This document shows positions 13,648 through 26,566 of a stretch of 64,000 nt of DNA, piece by piece. Each line of letters starts with the position of its first letter. Position 1 is the stretch's first letter. The stretch is taken from assembly GCA_964016885.1 (NCBI GenBank), contig OZ024747.1:20088001-20152000 (forward strand), written 5' to 3'. Made by a program: the position numbers and the translations under genes. This DNA is from Eledone cirrhosa (taxonomy: Eukaryota). The notes below the pieces were generated by a model. It was not told the origin of the DNA. It worked only from the letters and a program-made list of their open reading frames with translations, and did no database searches.

Positions 13648-13730
13648 CCCTCTTCCTTCTATTTCAAGCGTTAACCTAATATATTCCTTCCATATACTCT
13701 ACCGATTGTGTTGTTATTTCTGTTTACCTT

Positions 13731-13771
<41 letters not shown>

Positions 13772-13872
13772 CATTGTTATACTTGGGGAGGTTCATATTG
13801 TTACAATATCAAAAACCTTACAAAACAAATTCAGATATATATATATAATTATGAATTTGTTTTGCAAGGTTT

Positions 13873-14007
<135 letters not shown>

Positions 14008-14208
14008 GTGTGTAGGTATATATGATTGGGAAGTAAGAAGCTAGCTTCTTCGATATACAAGTCAACAACTAAGCATATAAGTAAAGGCTAAGAGATATAA
14101 TTACTAGAAGGAATACCAAAGGAATATAAAGGGTGAATGAGAAAAGGAACGTTTGAAGGAAAGAGTGGCAATGTATAGATTTAAATTGTAAGAAAGTGAC
14201 ACAAATGG

Positions 14209-14280
14209 AGAATAAGAGAATGAGAATAAGAGAATGAGAATAAGAGAATGAGAATAAGAGAATGAGTGAGATAAGAGAAT
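14209..14280. repeat. 14-bp minisatellite (gagaataagagaat), about 5 units
   Basis: Direct tandem units, last one diverged. Confidence 0.9.
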
Positions 14281-14369
14281 GTGCAGGAATGCATGAGAAT
14301 GTTGCTTTAAATCTTTATACGTGTGTGTGTGTCAATTTAAAGAAATCAATATGCTAATACATGTATATT

Positions 14370-14880
14370 GTCATGTGTGAGTGTGAGTGAGTGGGTGTGT
14401 ACGTGCGTACATGTGTATGTTTTTGAGTGAGTGTGTGTGTACGTGTGTGCGACCGTGTGTGTGTGTGTGGGTGTGAGTGAGTCTGTGTGTCTGTACGTGA
14501 GTCTGTGTGTGTACGTTTGTTTGTGCGTGTGTGTGTACGTTTGTGCGTGTGTGTGTATGTACGTGTGTGCGGCTGTGTGCGTGAGTGTCTCTGTGTGTGT
14601 GTACGCGTGTGCAGCCGTGTGTGTATGTGTGCACATGTTTGCGGCTGTGTGCGTGTGTGGCTGTGTACGTGTGTGTGTGTGGGAGGTGGGGGTGAGTGTA
14701 TGAGAGAGTGCGTTTACGTGTGTGCGGTCGTGTGTGTATGTGTGTACGTGTGTGCGGCTGTGTATGTGTGTGTGTGGGTGAGTGTGTGAGTGTGTGTGTG
14801 TGTGTGTGTGTGTACATGTGTGTGTGTGTACATGTGTGTGTGTGTACGTGCATGTGTGCACGTGTGTGCGGCTGTGTGTG
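14370..14880. repeat. Cryptic (GT)n-derived complex repeat
   Basis: gtgt backbone with recurring gtacgt, gcggct and gagt interruptions. Confidence 0.9.
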
Positions 14881-15240
14881 GATTAGAGAAATGCAGCTTG
14901 TGACATAAAAGTGTTTGATCTCCATTTTGTTAAATCTGCTGATGCAACAGAATGATCAACTTTACGGTGTAAAACTGCAAAGGAGCCAGACTGACATTTC
15001 ATCCATAGTGTGCTACACCTGTTTAATGGTAGGTAAATGATAAGGATTTTATTGCCAGTCTTTGTCACTGGGGAAAACGCCAGAGTACAATGGAAAATAT
15101 TATCTGCCCAAAATTTCAATTGTTTTCGTGCCAACTAGTTGTAGAGGTGTAATGTGTTCAAGCAGTCGTACTGTCGAAGTTGTGCTTGGTTAATAACTTT
15201 ATAGCTGATATATGAACTTAACGTAAGCCTTTAATTTTAT

Positions 15241-15287
<47 letters not shown>

Positions 15288-15303
15288 GTATATATATATA
15301 TAC

Positions 15304-15340
<37 letters not shown>

Positions 15341-15374
15341 CATACATAATAAATATATGTGTATATATATATAT

Positions 15375-15561
15375 AACTGTTTCTACTTTTGGCACAAGGC
15401 CATCAATAACCCAGTACATTACTGGTACTTTATTTTATCGACCCCGTAAGGATGAAAGGCAAAGTTAACCTCGACGGGATTTGAACTCAGACTGTAAAGG
15501 GACGTAGCTATGCTGGAAAGCATGGCGTCCGACTCTCTACCGATACTGCCAATCCACACCC
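15375..15561 (-). mobile_element. tRNA-derived SINE (major family)
   Basis: Reverse complement of family consensus (ggatttgaactc, ccgatactgccaatcca). Confidence 0.92.
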
Positions 15562-16473
15562 ACGGCGATGAATTTGTTTTGCAATATTATTACAACAATA
15601 TGACTCTCCCCAAGTATATATATATAAGTTTATATTGTATCAAATTGTATCAATTTATTTCTATTATACTAACGTCAAGAAAGAAATAACTGAATACATT
15701 TGATGACTACAAGATTAATGAATTTGTTATTAAAATTTAAAACTTCTACTCCTCCGATTAACCAGATACTTTATTCTATTACGGGTATACTTCTTGCACT
15801 AAGTTCTTTTATAGAACTCAGAAGGATTAAATATTATTTAATCCTTCCGAGGTTTATAAAATAAAGTACCAGTCATGCACTGAGGTTAATCTAATCAGAC
15901 TTTCCCTCCCCTCACATTGTTTATCTTCTGTCCAAATTAGAAACAATTATAAGGGTTTTTGTGGAAAATGTAGGCTTTAGTAGTTTGTTAGAATCTCGTT
16001 TGTTTTTGTGCAAGAATAAATGCATATCCCCTCTTTAGTGTCGTTCAAAGTGTATCGTGCACTTGTTTCTAGTAATTATACACTAGATCACTGTTGTGGT
16101 TAGATCTTGGGTTTATGCCATCGATTCAAAGTAGTTCTGTTCTTTCAGTATGTTTTCTCTTTATGTTCAGGCATTTCTCCTTTTTATTTACTCAGAGAAC
16201 AAAATAATATACATACACAAACTATATATAAATTACAGACGCATCCAGGACCCAAATACGTGCAACTAAATGTAAATATCATAGATATCTGGTGTCTAAT
16301 TTATGGTTTATAGACCGTAACCTACGATACACTAGTAAATCCCAGTATTGTGGAAAAATGTATACAACTTCCATGGCGAAATAATTAATAATTGTTACTA
16401 CTTTAGGTACGAATAAAGCAATTTAGGGGGAGAGTGTTGTCAATTATATCGACATTAATACCTGACTCGTACT

Positions 16474-16668
16474 TAGACCTGTCAACTCTCCCCGTCTGAA
16501 GGGGAGATCTCCAATCCGTTTTGAGGTGAGTGAGAGATGTCTTCTCTTATGAAAATGGGTATAGCTTTCATTATGTAAAATCTCCCCATTTTGCCTAATT
16601 TTTCCCCGTTTTCGGGGCCCTGTTTTCATGGTACACCCCGTTTGGGTTTTTAGAAATTGACAGTTGTG
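16474..16668. mobile_element. Non-autonomous DNA transposon (MITE), degenerate
   Basis: TIRs tagacctgtcaact / aattgacagttgtg (10/14); flanking direct repeat tcgtact / ccgtact. Confidence 0.5.
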
Positions 16669-17044
16669 CCGTACTATATATTATTGATTCTGAAATGACG
16701 ACAGGCAAGGTTGAACATGATGGGTTTGAATTTAATTGAGAATGTAAAAAAGTCGGAATAAATCCCGCAAAGGAATTTTGTTTAAAGCGCAACCAATTCC
16801 GCCAATCCACCACTCTGGAAAACCTATTAATGCTAGACACATACTGTTTACATACGCCTAAGACACACTTCCACTACCCAGACCTATTGACTATTCCAAC
16901 AAGAATAACGTTGACATAAGCCAATGTTTACAATCTGTAATATGTGTACCGATAATATCCTACTAAATTATCCCAATATCTTAAGTTTCTTTATAGTCAA
17001 AGTCTAACGTCTGTCTTAAGCCATTTAAGGTTCGTTATACCGGT

Positions 17045-17279
17045 ACTTATACCGGTTTCATGGCGTGAAGTGACTGAGAGTAGAATATTTCCCCTGGACA
17101 GGACACCAGTCCATCGCAGGGTTCAACCCACAGCTATTGCTGGTACACATTTTCAGCTTAGTATACTGGAGCAACGTTAAATGAAGTATTTTTCTCAAGA
17201 ACACAACACGCAACCCAGCACAGGGATCGAACCCACGACATTATGATCGTAATTTCAAACCCTTACCACTAGGCCACGC
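17045..17279 (-). mobile_element. tRNA-derived SINE, second (CORE-like) family
   Basis: Minus strand begins gcgtggcctagtggtaaggg...gggttcgatccc (A and B boxes), then gttgtgttcttgag; homologous to 56412-56660. Confidence 0.85.
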
Positions 17280-17488
17280 TTTCTGTTTAGACAGGCTAAA
17301 ATTATCTTTAATTAAAATCTTTTAATTTGCATTCCTCATTGATATATTTATATATTAATCATAATTATATCTCTAGGTTTAACGGGCTTTAATAAATGAT
17401 TATCTCAGAAGTCTTACAATTTCTATACTGCCGAAAATTTGCCGTTTTATATTTTAATTGTGATTTGTAATATATACCCCCCCCCCCC

Positions 17489-17578
<90 letters not shown>

Positions 17579-17630
17579 TTATCTATCTATCTATCTGTAT
17601 ATATAAATATATATTATAGATATTTATAGA

Positions 17631-17668
17631 TATAGGATAAGAGTCAGGACCCTGACGCTTGAGCCTCA
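17631..17668 (-). mobile_element. Short fragment of the family A hammerhead element end
   Basis: aggataagagtcaggaccctgacgcttgagc resembles aggaaaaaggtcaggaccccgacgactgagg (36596) and aggaacgagtaggaccccgacggctgagc (1339); embedded in microsatellite. Confidence 0.55.
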
Positions 17669-18432
17669 TACACACATATGTGTGTGTGTGTGTATGTATA
17701 TATGTGTGTGTATGTGTGTGTGTGTATACGTGTGCGTGCGTGCCTGTGTGTGTGTATGTGTGCATGTGTGTGTTTAATGGTCAAAATCCAAATTACGTCC
17801 AGAGCTACCATCTACTATAGAAAGGCCGTGACACATTAAGACATCACTTCAGTTGATTTAAGAACTTTAGGTTTTTTGAACAGGTTCAAGGTAGTCATTT
17901 AAATGTGTGAAATCAGCCTTATTTCCTTGGTGCCGGAGTAGCAGTATCATTAGTAGCTTCGGAAACGAAGTCCCATCTTATTTGTTCCGGCACCACATGG
18001 TCAAGTTTCCTGCTACCGGGGTTTATAATATATATATATACCAGTTAATTGCTAGGCTTGATGTAATCTCTGAAATTGCTGTTGAGTTTTGTTTAAATTG
18101 ATATCAAGTATCATGATCTGGTTTACCTGTGCAACGACCTGTCTTTTTATAATCTTCGTTTTATTTTTAACATCGATAGATGCTTTACTGATTTGTTTTA
18201 CTATGAATTATTTTACACCAGAGTGTTCATGTCTAAATTAATGTTTGCTTTCCCGTTAGGAGCGAAATATCGATATATCTTTTACGCTAAATAGTATTTT
18301 TTTAAATGTCTCGCTTCAGTGCCATTTAAAAAATAATTCTACACGTGATCGCATTACACTTTCACTTGTAGTGAGAGGATATTCTCGCTATCCTGGTTTC
18401 AGCATATATATATATGTATGTATTTACGTGTG

Positions 18433-18494
<62 letters not shown>

Positions 18495-21400
18495 CGTGTG
18501 TGTGTGTAAACAAAACACGTGATTAATAAGAGATTCTATTTGGAAAAAGGCAAGAATTTAAAACAGACCAAAAGTAATGACTATTGGAGGGGATCAGACT
18601 CGAATGTGTCAGCAATATTATAATGAAAAATAACGTGACCATTACCACTGAACAATATCATTAATTGTCCTAGCCTAAGTAGCTTGTCTGATATTGGTAT
18701 TACTAACGACAAGAAATACAGCAACAACGGCAACACTGACGCTGACGTATGTAAAACAGTATCAACAACAATAACATCCTTTGCGAAAATAGCTGAAAAA
18801 TTTGAGGAACCAGATCCTAAATTGATCCAAGAAAGAGAACACAATGGGTTACGTACCGCACAAAGGGAAATTTTATTTTAAAATAATGGTCCTGAATAGG
18901 GTAGAGAAACCAGTGGCGTATGCTTAATTCTTCCCTAAAAATAGATAAGGCTTCACCATGCATTCAAAAGAGAGTGTTTGAAAAAAAACCCTGCTGAAAG
19001 TGTATAAAAATCTTTTATTATAAATCACATGACCATGACTCTCAAACGTTACAAAAGCCACTACGTTTTGAATTATTTCGCAAATGACAGACAACTATGT
19101 TTCAGGTCATTCAGTACGTGAAAGAAAAATATTAGTCAACTCCTATTTTGTGTTCGATAACTTGGAAGTAGAAACAAAATGTAGCTAATAAAAACAAAGA
19201 TGAACGCACTATCCATGTGAGATATGAGGAAATAGTTTAAAACAAATACCAACTGCTAAAGCTGTAGTATCTCAACTCAGTCCTAGTATATCTCTTAAAT
19301 TATTTAACCACAAAAGGACTTACGAGGAGAAAGGTTTTACGTCGTGATATTTGAGAGATGGAATTTAATAATTTTAGGTATCACATTGTGCACAATCGAA
19401 CTCCTAATAATACAGCACCTATTGAGTCATTTCATTTAATGAATTCAGAGTAGTTGATATAGAATGCTCTAAATCATCCGCTAAATCTTCTGTTCTTTCT
19501 TTGAATACGTTAGATCACATTCGATAATGTAGTCTCACAAACATTGCCTACACAAATATCTTGAAGTATATGGCTAGAAAACCAGAAAACCATGTACTAA
19601 AGTTAACAGCAATATATTTAATTGTCACTTGCTCTTTTAGCAATATCAGCTAAATATATCTCATATCACACACTAAAATAATAAAGGTATATTTGACGAG
19701 TATTGTGTTAGGTCTTGAGCAAATCATGAAATGTTTAGTGCAAACACCTTTCTTTTTTGTTCATCTAGAATGACAGACATCGGCTATAGACAAGAACTAG
19801 GAAGCAGAAAATGAAAAACCTGGGACACACTTCAAGCTATACTACAATATACTTCAATGTACTCTAATATGAGATAAATATTCCACGTAATTGCACCACT
19901 GTTCGCAATCATATATGACACTTTGTTAGATTGAAAAAAAAAGCAAAAACAAGACAACCTTGTAAAATATCTCCTTGCTTCTATTTATAGTTTAGCAAAA
20001 CATCTAAAATATTAACATGAACAACCACAAACTCCGAGCTACTTCAACGATTAATCTTTAGGCAGCAATGATATAAACAAGATTGATAGCAACAACTACA
20101 ACGACTACTACAATAACAACAAAAGCAAGAGAAACAACAAGTGTAACTAAGACCACAATAGAAATAGAAATCAAATCCAATGAGAGGAAGAACAATAACG
20201 ACAATGGTTGCAAGGACAGAGAGGATGCATGTATATGATTGTTACGCCTGCAAGAGTTAGCAGTCACACCTCCCTCAATTTACACATAGTCACCTTAATT
20301 TTTTCAAAGGTAGATGCATGCGAAAACATAGCTTCGTATATGCAGACGGAATCTTTACCATTTAGACGCCTCTGATCACTAATATGTAGCATGTAGCATG
20401 TTCAAATGGTTAAGGAGTTCCAATTGCTATCATTATGTAACAGGTTTCACCTTCATTCAGTGTGTTTTATGATAGTCTCAGGTTATTCCCATGCCTTGTG
20501 AATGAAACGGCATAGACGGAAATTGTTATCTCGTCGGATTGATTGTATCTCTACTTTAAATGACCAGCCTTATCGTACAGAGCGTCATGCTGAATCGCCT
20601 TGAAAATCGCATTAAGGCTATATTTATCTGCAGAAAGATCAGTCATTCAAACATAATTTCACGTGTAGGACGTTCCCTTGATCGACCGACTGGAACTATG
20701 CCCGCCCAAGCCGACGGTAATCCATTCAGGATCAACGCTGACTCAGACGTAAACGGTAATAGTTACTTGAATATGGTAGAAATTCTACAACACATAACTA
20801 CCTCTACGATACCAATTATAGGAACAAAAACAATGAGTTACTTCAATAGCATCAATTACAATAGCAAAAATATTAAAAGCAAGGACAACAATTACGAATA
20901 CTACACTAATAACAAGAGAAAAATTGCTTGTTTAAAATGCTACTATAACAACTTTAGCAACAACAACCCTTACTACAACTAGGTATAGCAAGACTAAATA
21001 ATTAATGAAATTGAAAAGCTAAATTTGCAATGTAATCAATCAGATTTTTGTTGTTTTCTGAAATCAGAGAAAACACCAGCAAAAAATACAGACACATATT
21101 ACAACAAAATAAACCCCACCAACATCACACTCGTCAATCAAACACTCACTACCACCCCCAGCATCACAAGCACTACATCACAGCTAGCCCCAGTAACTGA
21201 TTAAGGTGGGGTTGCAAAGGTCTGAATAGCCTAATCAGACTGTTACGACAGTCTAATAGGTACCGACAAGATTTCCTGGATACAACATGCTCCACATGGA
21301 GCAATCATATAGGGTAATATAGATCGCATTTAGATAGGTTTTTCACGAAAACAATCGTTAACAATAGTTGGTGGAGCGCTCTCAAGAAAGCGATTAGAGT

Positions 21401-21664
21401 GGAATTAAGTTTTCGTAAATACGTAGCAATAGAAAAAATACAGCAGAGTTTAAGTTAGTAGTTAAGCTAATGGCATTGCTAAACTATCTCTGGCTGATGC
21501 TCCCTACAGGTGTGGGATTCTGATTAAATATACTGTTATTTTTTTTATGTTTTACACGATTTCTTTACACGATTAGTTATATGTAAATCCCAACTGTCAT
21601 TGTCCATTTGTTTTTCGGCCCTTGTGGCCGTCAAGGACAGCAATATCATTATTGTTATGCTTTT

Positions 21665-22340
21665 GGATTGGCAGTATTAGTAGAGCGTCTCAAAGAACGC
21701 TCTGAGGCATAGAGTGATGGCCTTTTACATTATAAGTTCAAATCCAGCCGAGGTTAGCTTTGCCGTTCATTCTTACGGGGTAGGTAAAATAAGTACCAGC
21801 AAAGCATTAGTGTCTATTTTATCGACTGCACTTTCTATCCATTGCTGGCTTTTGCCAAATGTCGAAACAATTATTATTATTGGTGTTGTTAAGGGCGGTA
21901 GATTGGCAGTATCGATAGAGAGTCGGACAACATGCTTCGCAGCATAGAGTCACGGCCCTTTACGTCCTGATTTTAAATCCCGCCGAGGTTAGCTTTGACT
22001 TTCATCCTTACGCGGTCGATAAAATAAAACACCAGTAATACTGAGATCGATTGAATCGATTTTCCCCTCCCTCCACAGTTGCTGGCCTTGTGCCTATACT
22101 AGAAATCATTATTGGTGTTGTTAGGGCGGTGGATTGATAGTATCGGTACAGCATTGGATACCATGCTTTGCAGCATAGAGCTACCGCCTTTTACCTTCTG
22201 AGTTCAAATCCCGCCAAGGTTAACTGTGCCTTTCATCCTTACGGGGTATAAAATAAAGTACCAGTAATGCACTGAGACGATTTAATTGACTTTCCCCTTC
22301 CCTTCAAATTTCTGGCCTTGTGCCTAAATGAGAAACCTTA
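21665..22340 (+). mobile_element. Three head-to-tail major-family SINEs
   Basis: Units 21665-21880, 21892-22112 and 22123-22340, each with A/B boxes and family body; attggtgttgtta flanks unit 2 on both sides. Confidence 0.92.
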
Positions 22341-22676
22341 ATTTGTGTTATGCTTATGTTTACTAATACTTCCGTGATTAAGTGCTTTCTCTTCTATAAT
22401 CTACTTAAATGATTTCTATTTTCATAGCTTCTTATTGCAAATAAAGGAATAATTATTATAATTACATAACAGTAATAAAAGATATAATTCGTGTTGTTAT
22501 TAATAACATTATTATTTTATTGTTATCATAGTTATTAATATCTATGTTAAATGCTTTGTCTTTCCTAATGTATTTAATGAGTTTTCACTTATGTTGCCCT
22601 TTTGGCAAATAATGAAATGGTTGAACAGCAATAATAACAATTGTTGTTGTCGTTATTCTTATTCTTCTTATTGTTA

Positions 22677-22679
<3 letters not shown>

Positions 22680-22714
<35 letters not shown>

Positions 22715-23188
22715 TTTATTTTCTTTCATTATTGTTTCAGAGATATATGCCGAGTGTCTTCCTGAAACCTAGGGCAAATAAATTCACTGTGTACATTGGT
22801 AAACCAGTTAATACAGCACATTCATCGTAATTAAAAAAAAAACCATATACATATATACACATGTGCATATGCATATGTAAATACAAGGGGGGATATCAAT
22901 CTTACAGAGACAGTGCTCTTCTCAATACGTGTGCAGTACCAGTCAAAACAATTTTTTGTACCACGTGCAGAGAGGGTCAACCAGGAATCATTTGCAAATA
23001 TTGTTCGTTCTTGATCATTCCCAGTCCTCCCACAATCACTGTTATTGTAACGGCCTTGAGGTGCCACATTTTCTCAATTTCAATAAGCAGATCTTTATAT
23101 TTTCGTAGCTTGTCAAATTCTTTTGCCGCGATATTGTGATCACATGGGATGCTCATATCTATCAATAAACAGACCTTGTTATATTGAA
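22680..23188 (-). mobile_element. 3' remnant of an R4/Dong-like non-LTR retrotransposon (restriction-like endonuclease domain, 3' UTR, (TAA)n)
   Basis: VCLLIDMSIPCDHNIAAKEFDKLRKYKDLLIEIEKMWHLKAVTITVIVGGLGMI...QKIVLTGTAHVLRRALSL* (stop at 22902-22904), followed by a UTR ending in a TAA tract. Confidence 0.88.
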
Positions 23189-23191
23189 ACC

Positions 23192-23824
23192 GAGTGTCCG
23201 AGCATTGCTGACTTGTGGGTTTATGTCGAACACCTGCTGTCGCGTGTAGGACGGATCCAGCTATCATCTGAGTCCATCGTGAGGATTGCCCCGCCCTCTT
23301 CCTTTAGCCGGGAAGGGCAGGCAGTTTTTATCTGTCTGGTGGCCATGGCGAAAGAGATAGTATGGTGGACACGTTTGAAAGGGCTGAAGACGAGCACTTA
23401 CCTCTTTGGTGATGCCCTGATTAACTTTTTCAAATTTCATTTGAAAAGGAAAATCAGGGTAGAGAGGGAAGTGCTCTCTTCCCAGCATTTTGTTGAAAGA
23501 TGGGTGAGAGAAGCAAGAATGGCCTGAGTGAATGGGCCTACTCTGAGTATATATCTGTAAATTAAAGGTGGAAAACTGGGAGAGGGCACTTGCCTTGGTG
23601 GTCAGGGTCATTGTGGCTTTTTACTGGGCTTTCTCCACAAATGTCCCTCCGAAGTCTCCCCCCTATTGGGGAATTTTTCATTGTTATTTTCATTGTTATT
23701 TTTGTTACATCCTCTGTTTTTGTTTTTTACACGCAGAAATGCCCATTTGTACCGTCCTGCATTTTCCTGCACTGTCCTTAATGTCTACTTTATGTAAACC
23801 CTTGTGGTTAATAAAGAAATCATT

Positions 23825-23871
<47 letters not shown>

Positions 23872-23880
23872 TGTTATTAA
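23192..23880 (+). mobile_element. 5'-truncated L1/Tx1-like LINE (ORF2 C-terminus and 3' UTR)
   Basis: ECPSIADLWVYVE...AKEIVWWTRLK...FVERW* (stop 23527) resembles the region after the CCHC motif in L1-clade ORF2; AATAAA at 23810-23815; (TTA)n tail. Confidence 0.72.
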
Positions 23881-24616
23881 TATAATTAGCATTTTGTTGT
23901 TGATAATACATATATTTTTGTCGATAATGCAATCTTGTTGTTCCGTTTGCCCTTCCTGTTTGGTGAATATTTGTTTATTTGTTATTTGTATTTTATTTTT
24001 AGGTCAGGCTGTAATTAATTAAAAATCTAATTATACAATCATGCAATTCTTAATATTTCATTAACATCTTTTCATGAGATAAATGGAGTAAATCTTTGGA
24101 TTTCCTTTTGTTTATCCGAATGCTTTCTCTGTTTCAATAGATCCTACGTACTCCCCCCGCCCCCAAACACACACAAACATATATATATACATACAATATT
24201 GTCTCTGTGTGATAGTACACTTCCACAAACACACATACACACGCGTAGATCGACTCAGGAATATACATAATTGTTTCGCTTTTCTATTTGTAATGATGTT
24301 TTCTATTATTAATGGATTTACTGAGGTGTCTGGTTTGTGAGAGTCATTAGAAAGTCGGATAAATTGCTTAATAGCATAAAGTTATGGCACTTTACATTCC
24401 CAGTTCAGATTACGCCAAGTTCAAATTTGCCACATTCCTATGTTGAGAACATAGTGTACCAACCAAGGAACTCTATCTATATAATCCACTTTTCCTTCCT
24501 ATAATGTTATTTATATGAGTGAACAGGGTTTGCTCATTGATCAGATGGCCCAGAAAGAACGAAAGCTATGCCTGAGAATTGGTAATTTCATGTTGAATAT
24601 AATGTATTGGATATGT

Positions 24617-24832
24617 CAGGCATGTCAAACCGAGGGTCTACCGAGGGCCACATAGGTCTCATATGTGTTGTTTGAGAGCACACAACAACTAATTGTGCAC
24701 ATTACAAAATATTATTTACATTTTATATTACGGAGATGAAACAGGCTCGCGCTCTAAAAATCTTTGTGCGGGCCGCAGGTGTACTTGTTAAGGGCCATAC
24801 GCGGCCTGCTGTCCGCATGTTTGGTATGCCTG
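24617..24832. mobile_element. hAT-type MITE
   Basis: TIRs caggcatgtcaaac / gtttggtatgcctg; 8-bp TSD ggatatgt / gcatatgt; subterminal gcggcc motifs. Confidence 0.85.
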
Positions 24833-25202
24833 GCATATGTTATAGTGAACTTGTAAATTATCAACAATACCATCATCATCGTCATCAGCAGCATCAGCTT
24901 CGACAGCATAATCACCATTCTCTTCTTACTCCTCTACCTACTTCACCAGCTACCCCTCCTGCACCACCTCCACCTCCTTCACCACCTCCCCCACCTTCAC
25001 TTCACCATCATCGTAGTTGTCACCGTCGTTTTCATTGGTATAATGATCACTACAACAGCCACCGTCAAATCCATGACCCATGCCGCAGGTTCTCAACCCA
25101 TTTCGGCCAAACGCCTGCTTTTGCCTCTCGAAACCACGAAACAACCCCTACCCTATTTTTCCATTTAGATTCTATACCATCCTCATTATTATTATTATCA
25201 TC

Positions 25203-25457
25203 CCAGTAATTGCTGGCCTTGTGCCTAACGTAGAAACAATTATTATTATTATCATCATACAAGGGCGGTGGATTGGCAGTATCAGTAGAGGATCGGACGC
25301 CATGCTTTCCAGCATAGTTACGTCCCTTTACGATCTGAGTTCAAATCCCACCGAGGTTGACTTTGCCTTTCATCCTTACGGGGTCGATAAAATAAAGTAC
25401 CAGTAATGCACTGGTTAATTGCTGGCCTTGTGCCTAAAGTAGAAACAATTATTATTA
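25203..25457 (+). mobile_element. SINE tail fragment followed by a full major-family SINE
   Basis: Tail 25203-25250, full copy 25262-25457; atcatac repeated on both sides of the full copy. Confidence 0.92.
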
Positions 25458-26326
25458 GTATCATACGCATGGCAAATTTAATAATAGTGACCTTCCACAT
25501 CTTCCATCAATGTCATCATCAATTCCAGCATCATATTCAACACCATTATTATCATTATGGTCAACACACCAGTAATTATTTTCAGCAGACGCAGTGTCTT
25601 CATCATAGCCATTATTCTCATCAATATCGTTATTATTAACATCATAATCATTATATTAGTTGTTGTTATCATCTTCATCAACGCCATCATCACCATCAAC
25701 TTAATCATCATTATGACTACAACCACCATAACAGTTATAAGGATGATAATGATGATCGTCATCGTCATCATCATCAACCGCAATAACAACATTATCATTG
25801 TCATCATCATGTGAATATTATTCACATCAATATCGTTAGCATCACATCCCTCATCTCCATTACTGCAATATCACAGTTATTATAGCATTGAATTACTGCT
25901 CTCTCTGAGTACAAATCTCGCCAATTTTGATTTACACCCTATCGATCAAGCACTAGGATTGATATAATCAACTATACCCTCCTTACAAATTGCTTTTGGA
26001 AGGTTAGAAAAAAATAATATCAACTTTGTCATCCTTAATAGTTTTGTCATCTTGCCAAACATTTCCTGCTCATTAACTAATGATTAATCAAGAGATAGGT
26101 TTGTAGAACTGACTCAGTTGAGGAGAATGAAAAGCTTGAATTTGGTAATACATATGATTTAAGATGGTCCTTTTATGTTGATGCCCTGTGGTTCTTTACC
26201 TGTTCGCATTCTGCGGCTTCTTGACATGAACATTTTTCTTTCACCTCCAGTTGACCTACATGTAGTAAATGAAATTTAAAGTATCATATATATATATATA
26301 TATATATATATGCATGCATGTATGTA

Positions 26327-26414
<88 letters not shown>

Positions 26415-26535
26415 ATTAAGAGAGTAAAACAAAGAATCCTTTAATACATCAACAGTTTTTATTAGCCGACAATGTTTCGTCCTATTAAGGACGAAGAGGG
26501 TGTTTAACTCCAACGCGCTCCAGTATTCTAATCCT

Positions 26536-26566
<31 letters not shown>

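Noticed and set aside
18581-19560. Coding-looking stretch (ORF 18684-18881 and downstream)
   Set aside because: Short, interrupted, no recognisable motif or splice pattern; may be a decayed transposase but cannot be supported.
20390-20740. Possible third SINE-like family (also about 40220-40350 and 60826-61100)
   Set aside because: Too diverged to define boundaries or show homology by eye.
21221-21262. Hairpin agactgt-tacg-acagtct preceded by CTGAATA
   Set aside because: No GAAA box or helix I/III, so not called a ribozyme or terminator.
21665-22340. CRISPR-like or tRNA-gene array
   Set aside because: Units are ~220-bp SINEs with no unique spacers; heads have A/B boxes but no cloverleaf.
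26464-26495. Minus-strand GTCC-TTAATA-GGAC-GAAAC-ATT-GTC (hammerhead 3' half)
   Set aside because: CTGANGA box is absent; at most a truncated relic.
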